DNA from: an uncultured delta proteobacterium
GTDB lineage: Bacteria; Myxococcota; Myxococcia; Myxococcales; Myxococcaceae
Direction: 5' to 3'
Assembly: GCA_963776345.1 (NCBI GenBank)
Contig: CAVZMH010000020.1
Coordinates: 44,626 to 108,625 of the forward strand
DNA: 64,000 nt
The number at the start of each line of letters is the position of its first letter. Within the stretch, counting starts at the first letter, position 1. This document shows positions 8,249 to 22,420 of the stretch, in pieces. Position numbers and translations under genes: made by a program. Below the pieces are notes generated by a model that saw only the letters and a program-made list of their open reading frames with translations, had not been told where the DNA came from and ran no database searches.

Positions 8249-10276
8249 TCAGCCCGCGCTTCCGCCCTCGGCCTTCGGGGCGTGGTCGCGGGCGCCGCGG
8301 CAGATCTCCACCACCTTCGGGCCGAAGCGCTCCCAGCTCGTCGCCCCCGTCCCCTTCACCGCGAGGAAGTCCTCGCGGTTGAGCGGGAGCGCCGTGGCGA
8401 GCGCCTGCAGCGTCTTGTCGTTGAAGAGGATGAACGGCGGCAGGTCCAGGTCGCGCGAGAGGTCGCGGCGGAAGCGGCGCAGCGCCTCGGCGGCCTGGTC
8501 GTTCATCGGGCCCTCGGCGACGCGCTCCTTGGACTTGTAGATGCTCGACTTGGTGGTGGTCCGCGCCGGCGGAGGCTCGACCCGCGTCCGCGTGCCGGAG
8601 CAGACGTCACAGCCGTTGCACTCGAGGTCCCGGGTGTCCTCGCCGAAGTAGTTCAGGACGAAGGCCCGCCGGCAGGTCTTGGCGTAGGCGTAGTCCGTCA
8701 TCCGGCGGAGGAGGAGCAGCGCCCGGCGCTCCTGGCGGCGCACCCTCTCCAGCGAGAGGTCGAGGGCGTGGAATGGCAACCGCTGCAGCGGCCGGATGGC
8801 TCGGCCGGCGAAGGGCTTCCGGACCGAGATGGCCTTCGCCCGCTCCAGCGCCGAGAGCGCCCGCCGCAGGTCCTTGTCCGGAAGCCCCACCCGGGCGCAG
8901 AGGGCCCGGAGCTGGATGGAGAGCGTGCCGTCGCCCGCCTCCGCCTGGAGCGCCTCGAGCAGCGCCTTCGCCGACCGGGCGTGGACGTCCGCCTTCGGGT
9001 CCAGCACCCGGATGCCGTACGCACCGGCGCCCGGGGCCTGCATCTCCAGCAGGCCCTCGCGCTCGAGGATGCGCAGCGCGGCCGAGACCTCGAACTCGCT
9101 CGCCCCCACCGCGCTGGCCAGCGCCTCCTGCCCGCGGGCGAAGACCTCCGCCGTCTGGAGCACGTTCCACACGTCGGCGATGACCGCCTCGGAGGGGTGG
9201 TTGCTCTCGATGAGCCGCTCCTGGGTGAAGACGTCGGCGTGGTTGAAGAGGAGCAGCGCGTGGGCCGGTTTCCCGTCGCGTCCGGCCCGACCCACCTCCT
9301 GGTAGTAGGCCTCCACCGCGCGCGGGATGTTGGCGTGGATGACGAAGCGAATGTCCGGCTTGTCGATGCCCATCCCGAAGGCGTTGGTGGCCACCGCCAC
9401 CGCCGACGGGTCTCCCATGAAGCGGTCCTGCGCCCGGTGCCGCTCCGCCTCGTCCATGCCCGCGTGGTACACGACCGGGTCGTGCCCGCGGAGCCGGAGC
9501 GCGGCCTGCATCGCGTCCGCCTGCTTCCGGGTGGCGCAGTAGACGATGCCGCTCCCGCCCTCGGCGATGAGCCGGGCGCAGGCCGTGCGGCGCTCCTCGT
9601 CCCCCGAGATGCGCAGCACCTCGAGGAAGAGGTTGGGGCGGTCGAACCCGGCGACGAAGACCCGCGGGTCCTTCATCAGGAGGCTCTTGACGATGTCCTC
9701 CCGGACCTCCGGGCTCGCGGTCGCGGTGAGAGCGACCGTCCTGGGCGGGCGAAGCCGCTTCCGGACCTGCCCCAGCAGCGCGTAGTCGGGCCGGAAGTCG
9801 TGCCCCCACTGGCTGATGCAGTGGGCCTCGTCGACGGCGAGGAGCTCGACGCCGACCTCGCCCAGCGCCTCGAGGAAGCTCGAGCTCCGGAAACGCTCGG
9901 GGGCCACGTAGACCAGCCGGTACGCCCCGGCGCGCATCTTCCGGATGCGCTCGGCGCGCTCGAGCTCGGGGACGGTGGAGTTGATGAGCGTCGCCGAGAT
10001 GCCGCGGGCCTCCAGCTGCTCCACCTGGTCCTTCATCAGGGAGATGAGCGGGGAGACGACCAAGGTCAGGCCCTTCAGCATCACCGCCGGCAGCTGGTAG
10101 CAGAGGCTCTTCCCGGCGCCGGTGGGCATCAGCACCACCACGTTGCGTCCGGCGAGCACCGAGTCCACCACCTCGGCCTGGCCCGGCCGGAAGGCGGTGA
10201 GTCCAAACGATTTCTCGAGCTCCGCGCGCGCGTCGTCGTGGAACCGGAGCGGCTCCGTCATGCTCCGCATCTTCAC
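8249..10276 (-). CDS. recQ: ATP-dependent DNA helicase RecQ
   Basis: MPTGAGKSLCYQ (Walker A), VDEAHCISQWGHDFRP, a Cys-rich RQC zinc region and a C-terminal HRDC domain. The GTG start forms a GTGA overlap with the radC stop, with GGAGG 6 nt upstream. An ATG at 10270 is the alternative start. Confidence 0.9.
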   Translation of the reverse strand: MKMRSMTEPLRFHDDARAELEKSFGLTAFRPGQAEVVDSVLAGRNVVVLMPTGAGKSLCYQLPAVMLKGLTLVVSPLISLMKDQVEQLEARGISATLINSTVPELERAERIRKMRAGAYRLVYVAPERFRSSSFLEALGEVGVELLAVDEAHCISQWGHDFRPDYALLGQVRKRLRPPRTVALTATASPEVREDIVKSLLMKDPRVFVAGFDRPNLFLEVLRISGDEERRTACARLIAEGGSGIVYCATRKQADAMQAALRLRGHDPVVYHAGMDEAERHRAQDRFMGDPSAVAVATNAFGMGIDKPDIRFVIHANIPRAVEAYYQEVGRAGRDGKPAHALLLFNHADVFTQERLIESNHPSEAVIADVWNVLQTAEVFARGQEALASAVGASEFEVSAALRILEREGLLEMQAPGAGAYGIRVLDPKADVHARSAKALLEALQAEAGDGTLSIQLRALCARVGLPDKDLRRALSALERAKAISVRKPFAGRAIRPLQRLPFHALDLSLERVRRQERRALLLLRRMTDYAYAKTCRRAFVLNYFGEDTRDLECNGCDVCSGTRTRVEPPPARTTTKSSIYKSKERVAEGPMNDQAAEALRRFRRDLSRDLDLPPFILFNDKTLQALATALPLNREDFLAVKGTGATSWERFGPKVVEICRGARDHAPKAEGGSAG

Positions 10277-10998
10277 TGTTTGCCTCCAGCCGTCAACGCC
10301 TCTCCCGACACGGGCGGGAGCACGTGGAGGAGCCCGGCCCGGGCCAGCGAGACGTACCGCCCGGCTCCGACCACCAGGTGGTCGAGGACGCGGAGGTGGA
10401 AAATTCTGGCACCAGCCTGCAGCTCGCGGGTCAGAGCCAGGTCGGCCTCGGAGGGCTCGGGGTCTCCCGACGGATGGTTGTGGGCGAAGATGACCGCGGT
10501 GGCCCGCGCGCCGAGCGCCGCCCGGAAGACCTCGCGGGGGTCCACGGTGCAGGCGTCCGTCGTCCCCTCCGCCACCCGCGCGTCCGCCAGCAGCACGTTC
10601 CGGGTGTTGAACGACAGGACGTGGAACACCTCGCGCCGGAGCAGCGCGATGCGGGGCGCGAGGTAGCGGTACACCTCGCCGGCGGTGCGGAGCCGGGGCC
10701 GGCCGTCCGGGGCCAGGTGGGCGCGCCGGGCGAGCTCGAGCGCGGCCAGCACCTGCGCGGCGCGCTCGCGTCCGAGGCCCGCCGCGCTGCACAGCTCCGA
10801 GGGCTCCATGCTCGCCAGCGCCCGGAGCCCGCCCGCGGCGGCGAGCAGCGACTCGCCCAGGCCGCGCACGGTGCGGCTCTTGCCGCCGAAGAGCAGGCCG
10901 AGGAGCTCGGCGTCGTCCAGCGCCCCCGGCGCCCGGAGCAGACGCTCGCGCAGCGCCTGCACCGTTCCGTCCTCGGTCTCGGAAGCCCCCCGCTCCAC
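10273..10998 (-). CDS. radC: RadC-like JAB/MPN domain protein
   Basis: HNHPSGDPEPS JAMM motif. N-terminal helix-hairpin-helix-like region. Confidence 0.85.
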   Translation of the reverse strand: MERGASETEDGTVQALRERLLRAPGALDDAELLGLLFGGKSRTVRGLGESLLAAAGGLRALASMEPSELCSAAGLGRERAAQVLAALELARRAHLAPDGRPRLRTAGEVYRYLAPRIALLRREVFHVLSFNTRNVLLADARVAEGTTDACTVDPREVFRAALGARATAVIFAHNHPSGDPEPSEADLALTRELQAGARIFHLRVLDHLVVGAGRYVSLARAGLLHVLPPVSGEALTAGGKQ

Positions 10999-11085
10999 GG
11001 TCCCGGAAGGGGAGCAAGCGACGTGCCCGGGGCCCCCTGTGAACGAAGGTTCAGCGCGCCGTCCGGAGTGCCGGCCGCGAGGGTC

Positions 11086-11547
11086 CTAGAACTTGGACAT
11101 CGCGAACAGCGCCTTCATCTTCTCGTTGGTATCGCGCAGGCGGGCGGAGAGCGTCCGCACCAGCGCCCAGAGCACCGAGTACGCGAGCTCCTTGTCGGTG
11201 AAGAGGAGCTGGTCCAGCGGATCCCGGCCGATGCGGAGCAGGACCGCCTCTCCCTCGTGGGCGATGGCGTCCGCCGACCGCAGGCCCTCCTCGACCACCG
11301 CCATCTCGCCGAACGCTGCCCCGGGCTCGAGGATGGCCAGCGCCTCCTCACCCATCCCCGGGAGCTGCCGGGAGATGCGGACCTTGCCCTCGACGACCAC
11401 GTACATCGACGCGCCCGGCTCGCCCTCCCGGAAGACGTACTTCCCTCGGGAGACCCGCTCGGCCTCGCAGAGGGCGGCGAGCTTCTTGAGCTGGGCCTGG
11501 CTCAACCCTTCGAACAGCGGCACCCGCGCGAGCAGGTCAAGATTCAT
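11086..11547 (-). CDS. Stand-alone cyclic-nucleotide-binding domain protein
   Basis: 153 aa. VPLFEGLS...FREGEPG...FGEMA is a cNMP-binding fold pattern. Confidence 0.8.
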   Translation of the reverse strand: MNLDLLARVPLFEGLSQAQLKKLAALCEAERVSRGKYVFREGEPGASMYVVVEGKVRISRQLPGMGEEALAILEPGAAFGEMAVVEEGLRSADAIAHEGEAVLLRIGRDPLDQLLFTDKELAYSVLWALVRTLSARLRDTNEKMKALFAMSKF

Positions 11548-11582
11548 GGCATTCGTGCCACCCTCGTAGCACTCTTTCCGCC

Positions 11583-12545
11583 ATGGCCGACACCGTGCAT
11601 GCCGTCACCATCATTGGCTCCGGGCCCGCGGGGTACACCGCCGCCATCTACGCTGCCCGGGCGAACCTCCACCCCGTCCTCTACGCCGGCGGCCCCGCGA
11701 TGGACGAGCCTGCCAGGGTTCCGGGCGGTCAGCTGATGATCACCACCGATGTCGAGAACTACCCGGGGTTCCCCGAGGCCATCACCGGCCCGGAGCTGAT
11801 GGAGCGGTTCAAGGCCCAGGCCGAGCGGTTCGGGACGGTCATCCACATGGAGAACGTCACCCAGGTGGACCTCTCGGCCCGGCCCTTCACCCTCCAGGAC
11901 GAGAGCGGACGCACCCTGAAGACCCAGACGCTCATCATCGCCACCGGCGCCTCGGCGAAGTGGCTGAACGTGCCCGGCGAGGCCGAGTACACCAACCGCG
12001 GCGTCTCGGCCTGCGCCACCTGCGACGGCGCCTTCTTCAAGGGCGAGGAGGTCTTCGTGGTGGGCGGCGGGGACACCGCGATGGAGGAGGCCACCTACCT
12101 CGCGAAGATCGTCAAGAAGGTGACCGTGCTGCACCGCCGTGACCAGTTCCGGGCCTCGAAGATCATGCAGCACCGGGTGCTCGGCAATCCGAAGATCTCG
12201 GTGGTCTGGAACACCGTGGTCGAGGAGGTCCTCGGCGACGGCAAGCGGATGACCGGCGCCCGGGTGAAGAACGTGAAGACGGGCGAGGTGATGACCCTGA
12301 GCGCTGGCGGGCTGTTCGTGGCGATCGGCCACCGGCCGACCACCGGGTTGTTCGAGGACTGCCTCGAGACCCACGAGACCGGCTACCTCAAGACCGTGCC
12401 CGGCAGCACCCGGACCAGCGTGGACGGCGTCTTCGCCTGTGGCGACGTGCAGGACTCGGTGTACCGGCAGGCGGTCACCGCTGCCGGAACCGGCTGCATG
12501 GCCGCCATCGAGGCCGAGCGCTTCCTGGTGGAGCACGGGGCGTGA
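11583..12545 (+). CDS. trxB: Thioredoxin-disulfide reductase
   Basis: [15 protein letters not shown] motif, CATCDG redox-active site and a [15 protein letters not shown] motif. Confidence 0.92.
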   Translation: MADTVHAVTIIGSGPAGYTAAIYAARANLHPVLYAGGPAMDEPARVPGGQLMITTDVENYPGFPEAITGPELMERFKAQAERFGTVIHMENVTQVDLSARPFTLQDESGRTLKTQTLIIATGASAKWLNVPGEAEYTNRGVSACATCDGAFFKGEEVFVVGGGDTAMEEATYLAKIVKKVTVLHRRDQFRASKIMQHRVLGNPKISVVWNTVVEEVLGDGKRMTGARVKNVKTGEVMTLSAGGLFVAIGHRPTTGLFEDCLETHETGYLKTVPGSTRTSVDGVFACGDVQDSVYRQAVTAAGTGCMAAIEAERFLVEHGA

Positions 12546-13726
12546 CTTCCCCCGGGAAGCCGGCCACCGTGGCCATCCACGCCGGGAGCCGGCTCCCGGA
12601 GAGCAGCGCGGTTCCCATCACCCCGGCGGTCTACCCGGCGGCGGTGAGCTGGTTCGACTCGGCCGACGAGCTCGACGCCGCGCTGGACGGCAAGGACTTC
12701 GTCTACACCCGCATCCGCGGCGAGAACTCGGTGCTGCTCGAGGAGGCGGTGGCCGCGCTCGAGGGCGCCGAGGCGGCGGCGGTCTTCGGCAGCGGCATGG
12801 CGGCGCTCCGGGCGGTCTTCGACGCTCAGGGCCTCGCCCCTGGCGACCGGGTCGTGCTGCCCCTCGACGGCTACGGCGCCACGCGGGCGCTGTTCAAGCG
12901 GCTGGCCGAGCAGCAGCGGGTCGAGCTGCATGCGCTGAAGCTCAGCGACGGGTCGGCGACCGAGCGCATCGCCGCCATCCGTCCGAAGCTGGTCCTCGCC
13001 GAGAGCATGACCAACCCGCTCCTCGCGGTTCCGGACCTCCCGGCCATCGCCCGGGCGGCGCACGGAGTGGGCGCGGCGTTCGTCGTCGACGGGACGTTCA
13101 CCTCGCCGGTGCTCCAGCAGACGCTGACCCAGGGCGCGGACTACGCGCTGCACTCGACCACCAAGTGGATCAACGGGCACTCGGACGCGACCGGCGGCGT
13201 GGTCTCGGGGACGCGGGCGCGCATCGAGCCGCTCCGTGGCGCCCGGGTGCTCGAGGGTGCCCTGCTCGGTCCCTTCGAGTCCTGGCTCACGCTCCGTGGC
13301 CTCCGGACGCTCCCGGTCCGGATGGCGGCTCACTGCACGCACGCGCTGCACGTGGCCCGGCGGCTCCGCGAGAGCGGGCGCATCGCCCGGGTCGTCTACC
13401 CCGGGCTCCCGGACCATCCGGACCACGCGACCGCGCGCGGCCTGCTGAAGGGCGGGTTCGGCGGGATGGTGGCCTTCGAGATCGCCGGCGCGGGCCGGGC
13501 CGAGTCGTTCCGCTTCCTCGAGGCGCTGGAGCTCTGCCGCCCGGCGCCCTCGCTCGGCGACGTGACGACGCTGGTGATGCATGCGGCCAGCGCGAGCGCC
13601 CGGCGGCTCACGCCCCAGGAGCGCGCGGCGGCCGGAATCGGCGAGAACCTCATCCGCGTGTCGGTGGGACTCGAGGATCCGGACGACATCGCCGAGGACC
13701 TCCTCCAGGCGGTGGGCCGGCCATGA
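12542..13726 (+). CDS. Cys/Met-metabolism PLP-dependent enzyme (cystathionine gamma-synthase/lyase family)
   Basis: [15 protein letters not shown]-lysine motif. GTGA overlap with trxB. Confidence 0.8.
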   Translation: MTSPGKPATVAIHAGSRLPESSAVPITPAVYPAAVSWFDSADELDAALDGKDFVYTRIRGENSVLLEEAVAALEGAEAAAVFGSGMAALRAVFDAQGLAPGDRVVLPLDGYGATRALFKRLAEQQRVELHALKLSDGSATERIAAIRPKLVLAESMTNPLLAVPDLPAIARAAHGVGAAFVVDGTFTSPVLQQTLTQGADYALHSTTKWINGHSDATGGVVSGTRARIEPLRGARVLEGALLGPFESWLTLRGLRTLPVRMAAHCTHALHVARRLRESGRIARVVYPGLPDHPDHATARGLLKGGFGGMVAFEIAGAGRAESFRFLEALELCRPAPSLGDVTTLVMHAASASARRLTPQERAAAGIGENLIRVSVGLEDPDDIAEDLLQAVGRP

Positions 13727-14166
13727 AGATGGTGGACGTCGGCGGCAAGGAGCGCACCGAGCGCGTGGCGGTGGCCACGGCCCGGCTGCGGATGCAGCCC
13801 GAGACCGTCGCTCGCATCCGGGACGGCCGGGTGGAGAAGGGCGACGTGCTCGCCGCGGCCCGGCTCGCCGGGGTGATGGCCACCAAGCGCACCCCGGACC
13901 TGATTCCCCTCTGTCATCCCATCGCCCTCACCGGGGTGACGGTCGAGGTCACCCTGGACGAGGAGGGCGCGCGCGTCCGGGCCGAGGTGAGGACGCTCGA
14001 CCGCACCGGCGTGGAGATGGAGGCCCTGACCGCGGCGGCGACCGCGGCGCTGACCATCTACGACATGGTGAAGAGCGTGGACCGGGGGATGGTCATCGAG
14101 TCGGTGCAGCTGGAGCACAAGGCCGGCGGCCGCACCGGCACCTGGGACCGCGGCGCGGCAGGGTAG
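13723..14166 (+). CDS. moaC: Cyclic pyranopterin monophosphate synthase MoaC
   Basis: MKMVDVGGK...[14 protein letters not shown]...[10 protein letters not shown] is MoaC-typical. ATGA overlap with the upstream gene. Confidence 0.9.
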   Translation: MKMVDVGGKERTERVAVATARLRMQPETVARIRDGRVEKGDVLAAARLAGVMATKRTPDLIPLCHPIALTGVTVEVTLDEEGARVRAEVRTLDRTGVEMEALTAAATAALTIYDMVKSVDRGMVIESVQLEHKAGGRTGTWDRGAAG

Positions 14167-14178
14167 GGCGCACGCTCG

Positions 14179-14940
14179 ATGTCCATCGCGCCGGTGGAGG
14201 TCGCCCTCGACGTCCTGCTCGGCGCGGGCATCGGCGTCCTGAGCGGCATCGTGGGCATCGGCGGCGGGCTGTTCATCATCCCGCTGCTCGGGGTGGCGTT
14301 CGGCCTGACGCAGCAGCGAGCGCAGGGGACGGCGCTGGTGATGGTGGTGCCGAACGTGCTGCTCGGGCTGTGGCGGTACGCGCGCTACCGCGGCTTCGAC
14401 CCCCGGGGGGCGCTGGTGCTCTCGCTCTCGGCGCCGGTGTTCACCTACCTCGGCGCCCGGATCGCCACCGCGGCGCCGTCGAGCACGCTGCGCATCGCCT
14501 TCGCCGGATTCATGCTGGCGCTGGCCGTCTTCTACGGGCTGCGGAGCCGCTCGGCCGAGCTCCGCATCGACCCCGAGGCCCGGCTGCCCGGGCGGCTGGC
14601 GGTGGCGCTCGGGGTGGTGGGCGGACTCGTCTCGGGGCTGTTCGGCGTGGGCGGCTCGCTGTTCGCGGTCCCGCTGATGACCACCCTCCGGGCGATGGGG
14701 CAGGCCACGGCGCAGGGGATGGGGCTGGCCCTGGTCGCGCCGGGGACGGTGGTGAACCTCTGGGTGTACGGGCGGGCCGGGAACGTGGACTGGGTCCGCG
14801 GGATCGCGCTCGCGGTGGGCGGCGTGGCGACGATGCCGGTCGGGGTGGCCATCGCCCACCGGCTCCCCGAGCGCGCGCTCCGCGCCATCTTCGGAGCGGT
14901 GGCGCTGGTCAGCGCGGTGGGGCTGTTCCTCCGTCGCTGA
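14179..14940 (+). CDS. TauE/SafE (DUF81) family anion exporter membrane protein
   Basis: 253 aa, multi-TM, with duplicated GIGGG / GVGGS helices. Confidence 0.8.
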   Translation: MSIAPVEVALDVLLGAGIGVLSGIVGIGGGLFIIPLLGVAFGLTQQRAQGTALVMVVPNVLLGLWRYARYRGFDPRGALVLSLSAPVFTYLGARIATAAPSSTLRIAFAGFMLALAVFYGLRSRSAELRIDPEARLPGRLAVALGVVGGLVSGLFGVGGSLFAVPLMTTLRAMGQATAQGMGLALVAPGTVVNLWVYGRAGNVDWVRGIALAVGGVATMPVGVAIAHRLPERALRAIFGAVALVSAVGLFLRR

Positions 14941-15030
14941 ACGAGGTCGGGCTCAGCTCAGCGCGAGGAGCGCGGCCAGGCTGGCCACAGCGCCACTGCC
15001 CGTGCCGTGGCCACGCCCCGGAGGATGGGG

Positions 15031-15660
15031 TCAGTGCGGCGCGCCGACGAACCAGATCTCGCTGATCACGGTCACCCGCAACGTCCGGCCCTCGCCGAGG
15101 ACGACCTTCGCGTATTCGCCGGGCAGGAGCCGGGTGGCCGCCTCCTGGGAGGGCCGATCGACCCGGATCGGCACTCCGCCGGGCGGGATCTCCACCTCGC
15201 TCGCGGGCTCCACGCGGATCACCTGGGCGAATCCGGTCCCGGCGTGCACCAGGTACAAGCGATCCGGCGTGCCCAGCGCCCGATAGGCGAGCCCGCGGCC
15301 GACGATCGGGGCGACGCGGTCCTCGCGCTCGAGCTGCACCCGGACCCCGTCGGTCAGCCTTCGACCCTCGGGGCTCTCGGCCCCGAAGCGCCATAGCGCG
15401 CCGGTGAGGTGCTGCCCGGCCCGGGTGCTCGCCGGGACCTCGACCACGAGGCGGTACTCGGCGTCGTCGAAGCCGCGGCTCTCGGGGAGCTCGAGGTGCG
15501 TCACCCGCACCCGGGCCAGCCGCAGCGAGTCGCCCGGGCCCGCCGGACCGATGAGGAGGAAGGTCGCCTGCCCGCTGCCGAAGAGGAGCGGCCCCTGACG
15601 CGCCCGCGCGGCCTCCGGCGACAGGGTCAGCGAGAGCACCAGCGCCAGGACCGCGCTCAT
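15031..15660 (-). CDS. Secreted protein of unknown function
   Basis: MSAVLALVLSLTLS signal-like N-terminus. ATGA overlap with the NUDIX gene stop. Confidence 0.6.
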   Translation of the reverse strand: MSAVLALVLSLTLSPEAARARQGPLLFGSGQATFLLIGPAGPGDSLRLARVRVTHLELPESRGFDDAEYRLVVEVPASTRAGQHLTGALWRFGAESPEGRRLTDGVRVQLEREDRVAPIVGRGLAYRALGTPDRLYLVHAGTGFAQVIRVEPASEVEIPPGGVPIRVDRPSQEAATRLLPGEYAKVVLGEGRTLRVTVISEIWFVGAPH

Positions 15661-16199
15661 GGGAACAGCCCCTGGACCGCGGCCTGGCACATCGTCGCCA
15701 GCACCAGCGCGTGGGTGATCTCCCCGCTCGCCACACGCTCCCGCAGCGACGCGGAGGGAACGAGCTCCACCCGGATGTCCTCTCCCGGGTCGAGCCGCGG
15801 CTTACCCTTCCGCCGGCAGTCGAGGGCGAGGAACGAGTGCAGCCGGTTCTGCTGGATGGCCGGATTGGGATGGCACACGCCGAGGAACACCAGGCGCCCG
15901 GGAACGAATCCCGTCTCCTCCTCGAGCTCGCGGGCGGCGGCGAGGGCCGGCGTCTCTCCGGGGTCCACCATCCCGCCGGGGAGCTCCAGGGTGTCGGCGG
16001 CGATGCCGGCGCGGAACTGCCGGACCAGGATGGCCTCTCCCCCGCCGGTCACCGCCAGGACGTTCACCCAGTCCGGGGCGGAGATGATGACCCGCGGGTG
16101 CTCGCGCCCGTGGCCGTCCTCCATCGCGTCCTCGCGGATGCGGAGGATGGTGAAGTCGCGCTCGTCGCCTCGGCGGAGGGTCCGCCAGCCGGTGCTCAA
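15657..16199 (-). CDS. NUDIX hydrolase (ADP-ribose pyrophosphatase-like)
   Basis: Nudix box GGMVDPGETPALAAARELEEETG. The TTG start at 16199 forms a TTGA overlap with the upstream stop. An ATG at 16286 would overlap the upstream gene by 90 nt. Confidence 0.75.
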   Translation of the reverse strand: MSTGWRTLRRGDERDFTILRIREDAMEDGHGREHPRVIISAPDWVNVLAVTGGGEAILVRQFRAGIAADTLELPGGMVDPGETPALAAARELEEETGFVPGRLVFLGVCHPNPAIQQNRLHSFLALDCRRKGKPRLDPGEDIRVELVPSASLRERVASGEITHALVLATMCQAAVQGLFP

Positions 16200-17038
16200 T
16201 TCAGGAACTCCAGCCGGTGGCGGAGCGCCTGGGCGGTCAGCTCGAGCTGCGCCTGGTCCGGTGCGTCGGGCGACAGCTCGAGGCACCGCTCCACGTCCTT
16301 CAGCGCCGCGCGGTACGCCCCGAGCGCGGAGAGGATGGTCGCCCGGGCTCGCAGCTCGCCGGGATGGTCGGGATGGAGCTGGAGGAGGAGGTCGACCGCC
16401 CGCGCCGCGCGCTCCCCTTGCGTCCGCTCCAGCCAGGAGCGCTTCACGTTGTTCAGCATCCGCCAGACGATGACCTTCGCCGGCGCCGGCGTCAGCAGCC
16501 GCGGCTGGAACCTGACTTGCGGAGCGACCGTCGCCAGGAGGTCCTGGCAGCCGGCCTCGGTGAGGATCTTCCCACCCTGGAACGGGTCCAGGACCAGCTT
16601 CCCGTCCTCCGACGGGCAGGCGACGAGGAAGTGGCCGGGGAACGAGACGCCGAAGAGGGGAACGCCCGCCCGTCGCGCCACCTCCAGGTAGACGACGGCG
16701 AGGGTGATGGGGAGCCCCTTCTTCCGGGCCAGCACCCGGTCGAGGAAGCTGTTCTCGGGCGCGTCGTAGGTGTCGGTGTCGCCCCAGAGGCCTTCCTCGT
16801 CGGCGAGGATCCGGCGGAGCGCCTGGGCCCGGCCGAGCGCGTCGAGGCGGCCGGGCTCGAGCGCCCCCACCCGCGCCCCCAGCGCGTCGAGGGTGTGCAG
16901 CACCTGGCCGACGTCCAGCGCCTCGTCCTCGAGGGCGGCGACCGCGCAGGCCGCCAGGTCGAGCCGCGGCGGCTCCGAGCCGAGCCCCTCGGACAGGAGC
17001 GCGCGCGCCCGGTTGCTGTGGAGGGCCAGGCTGCGCAT
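16196..17038 (-). CDS. SirB1/YchA-like transglutaminase-like plus TPR protein
   Basis: 280 aa. GLPITLAVVYLEVARRAGVPLFGVSFPGHFLV core with a C-terminal TPR. Confidence 0.7.
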   Translation of the reverse strand: MRSLALHSNRARALLSEGLGSEPPRLDLAACAVAALEDEALDVGQVLHTLDALGARVGALEPGRLDALGRAQALRRILADEEGLWGDTDTYDAPENSFLDRVLARKKGLPITLAVVYLEVARRAGVPLFGVSFPGHFLVACPSEDGKLVLDPFQGGKILTEAGCQDLLATVAPQVRFQPRLLTPAPAKVIVWRMLNNVKRSWLERTQGERAARAVDLLLQLHPDHPGELRARATILSALGAYRAALKDVERCLELSPDAPDQAQLELTAQALRHRLEFLN

Positions 17039-17283
17039 CAGGGAGCCGTTCGCCTCCGGTGCTCGGCCCGGAGCGCGATCTGCGCCGCGACCAGGCCGCT
17101 GAGGAGCCCGTCCTCGAACTCGAAGGTGGGGTGCGCCTTCAGCTCGGGGAAGTCGTGCGGGTTGAGCACGTCGTCCGGCCCGAGGTTGGGCACCGCCTCG
17201 CGGGCGAGCCGCAGCACCTTGGTCCGCTGCTGCGAGATCATCTGCTCCAGCAGGGCCTCGGCGGCCGGGAAGAAGTCGTCCAC
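17038..17283 (-). CDS. Small conserved-looking protein of unknown function
   Basis: GTG 17283. High GC3. Its stop overlaps the next start (TGATG). It is the only non-junk part of the long ORF 17038..18882. Confidence 0.5.
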   Translation of the reverse strand: MDDFFPAAEALLEQMISQQRTKVLRLAREAVPNLGPDDVLNPHDFPELKAHPTFEFEDGLLSGLVAAQIALRAEHRRRTAP

Positions 17284-17364
17284 CCCGTTTTCATGCCCCC
17301 CCGGTACCCCGCCGGTCAACCTGGGGCCCTTGGCGGCGGCCCCGGGCGGGGTAGTCTGCCCGGC

Positions 17365-17799
17365 ATGGCATCGCCGCATCGTCTCGAGACCGAGGAAGCC
17401 GTTCGCGCCCTGGTGAAGCGCATCAAGCGCGTGGCGGTGCTGGGCATCAAGACCGAGGAGCACTCGGATCAGCCGGGCTTCTACGTGCCCGAGTACCTGA
17501 GCTCGGTGGGCATCGAGGTGGTGCCGGTGCCCGTGTACTACCCGGAGGTGAAGGAGATCCTCGGGAAGCCCGTGTACCGGCGGCTGGTGGACATCCCCGG
17601 GGAGCTGGACCTGGTCGACGTGTTCCGGAAGCCCAAGGACCTCGAGGCGCACGTCGAGGACATCCTGGCCAAGAAGCCGAAGGCGGTCTGGCTGCAGGCC
17701 GGCATCCGGAACGACGCGGTGGCGGACCGGCTGGCGGCGGCGGGCATCGACGTGGTGCAGGACCGCTGCCTGATGGTGGATCACCGCCGCTACGCCTGA
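17365..17799 (+). CDS. CoA-binding domain protein (YccU/YneT family)
   Basis: RVAVLGIKTEE...VDVFRKP...AVWLQAGI pattern. ATG at 17365 inside ORF 17059..17799. Confidence 0.8.
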   Translation: MASPHRLETEEAVRALVKRIKRVAVLGIKTEEHSDQPGFYVPEYLSSVGIEVVPVPVYYPEVKEILGKPVYRRLVDIPGELDLVDVFRKPKDLEAHVEDILAKKPKAVWLQAGIRNDAVADRLAAAGIDVVQDRCLMVDHRRYA

Positions 17800-18045
17800 G
17801 CATCGCCCCGGAAAACGAGGACCCGCAGCTGGCCGCCGCGCTCGGGTGGCTCCGATCCGGCCGAGCGACGACGCACGACGCGCTCGACTCACCGCGCCGC
17901 GCTGGAGCCCGCCCGGGGGCGTCCACCCGGCCGGCCGTCGGCCACGCCGGATCGGGTGCCCCGGCTCCCCCAGGAGCACAGGTCGCCGTCGCCCCGACTT
18001 GCGGCTTGCCGCCGCCTCTCCATCGACGTATGAACACCCATTGAT

Positions 18046-18935
18046 ATGGAGTCCCTCTCCCAGTCCTTCCGTGCCCTCGGCGACCCGACCCGGCTCCGCA
18101 TCCTCCGCCTGGTGGCCGCGGCGCCGCTGAACGTCTCCGAGCTGGTCTCCGTCGTGGGGGTGGCCCAGTCCTCGGTGAGCCACCACCTGGGCAAGCTTCG
18201 CCAGCTGGGCCTGGTCCGCGAGGAGCGCGCCGCGGGCTTCACCTACTACTCGCTGGCGGTGGACGCGGGCGACGTCCAGGCGCCGCTGATCAAGATGGCC
18301 TGCGAGGCGGAGGACGGCACCGGCGACCTGGCCCGGCTCAAGGACCTGCTCCGCCAGCGGGAGGACCGGCAGATCCTGAACGAGCGCCTCCTCGAGCCCG
18401 GCCAGTCCTGGTTCCTCTGGGCGAGCGCGCTCGCCTCGCTGCTCCCGCCGCTGGACGTGGCCGACTTCGGCTGCGGCACCGGCGTGCTCAGCACCTCCAT
18501 CGCCCGCTGGGCACGCTCGGTGGTGGCCATCGACCAGAACCGCGCGGCGCTGGCCCAGGCCCGCGCCCGTGCGAAGCGCGAGGGCCTCCGCAACGTGACC
18601 TTCCTCCGGGAGGACCTGCACCACCTCTCGCTCCCCTCGGGGAAGACGGGCCTGGTCGTCCTCTCCCAGAGCCTGCACCACGTGGAGGAGCCGGCCGCGG
18701 TCCTCGGCGAGGCGGCGCGCATCCTCGCCCCCGGCGGGAAGGTGGTGGTGCTGGAGCTGATGACGCATCAAGAGACCTGGGTCCGCGAGCGTCTCGGCCA
18801 CCGGCACCTGGGCTTCGAGCCCGCCGAGCTCGAGTCCGCGCTGCGTGCCGCCGGGTTCGAGTCGCTCACCCGCGAGGTGCATCCGCGGCAGGCGAGCTCT
18901 CCCTTCCGGGTCTTCCTGCTCACGGGGGAGAAGCG

Positions 18936-18939
<4 letters not shown>
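18046..18939 (+). CDS. sahR: ArsR-type wHTH fused to a SAM-methyltransferase-like domain (SahR-type methionine-cycle regulator)
   Basis: [13 protein letters not shown]...[14 protein letters not shown] wHTH, then a [10 protein letters not shown] class I MTase motif. It lies directly upstream of metH with an ATGA overlap. Confidence 0.65.
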
Positions 18940-22419
<3,480 letters not shown>

Positions 22420-22420
22420 C

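Noticed and set aside
17800-18045. SAH or SAM riboswitch upstream of the sahR-metH module
   Set aside because: GAGCG/CGCTC pairings are present, but I could not match the conserved SAH-riboswitch core or any SAM-riboswitch core from memory. A protein regulator (SahR-type) already explains control. An Rfam scan would settle it.
17284-18882. Upstream part of the 614-aa minus-strand ORF 17038..18882
   Set aside because: Only the last ~81 codons look protein-like. The rest is antisense to the CoA-binding and sahR genes and is compositionally junk.
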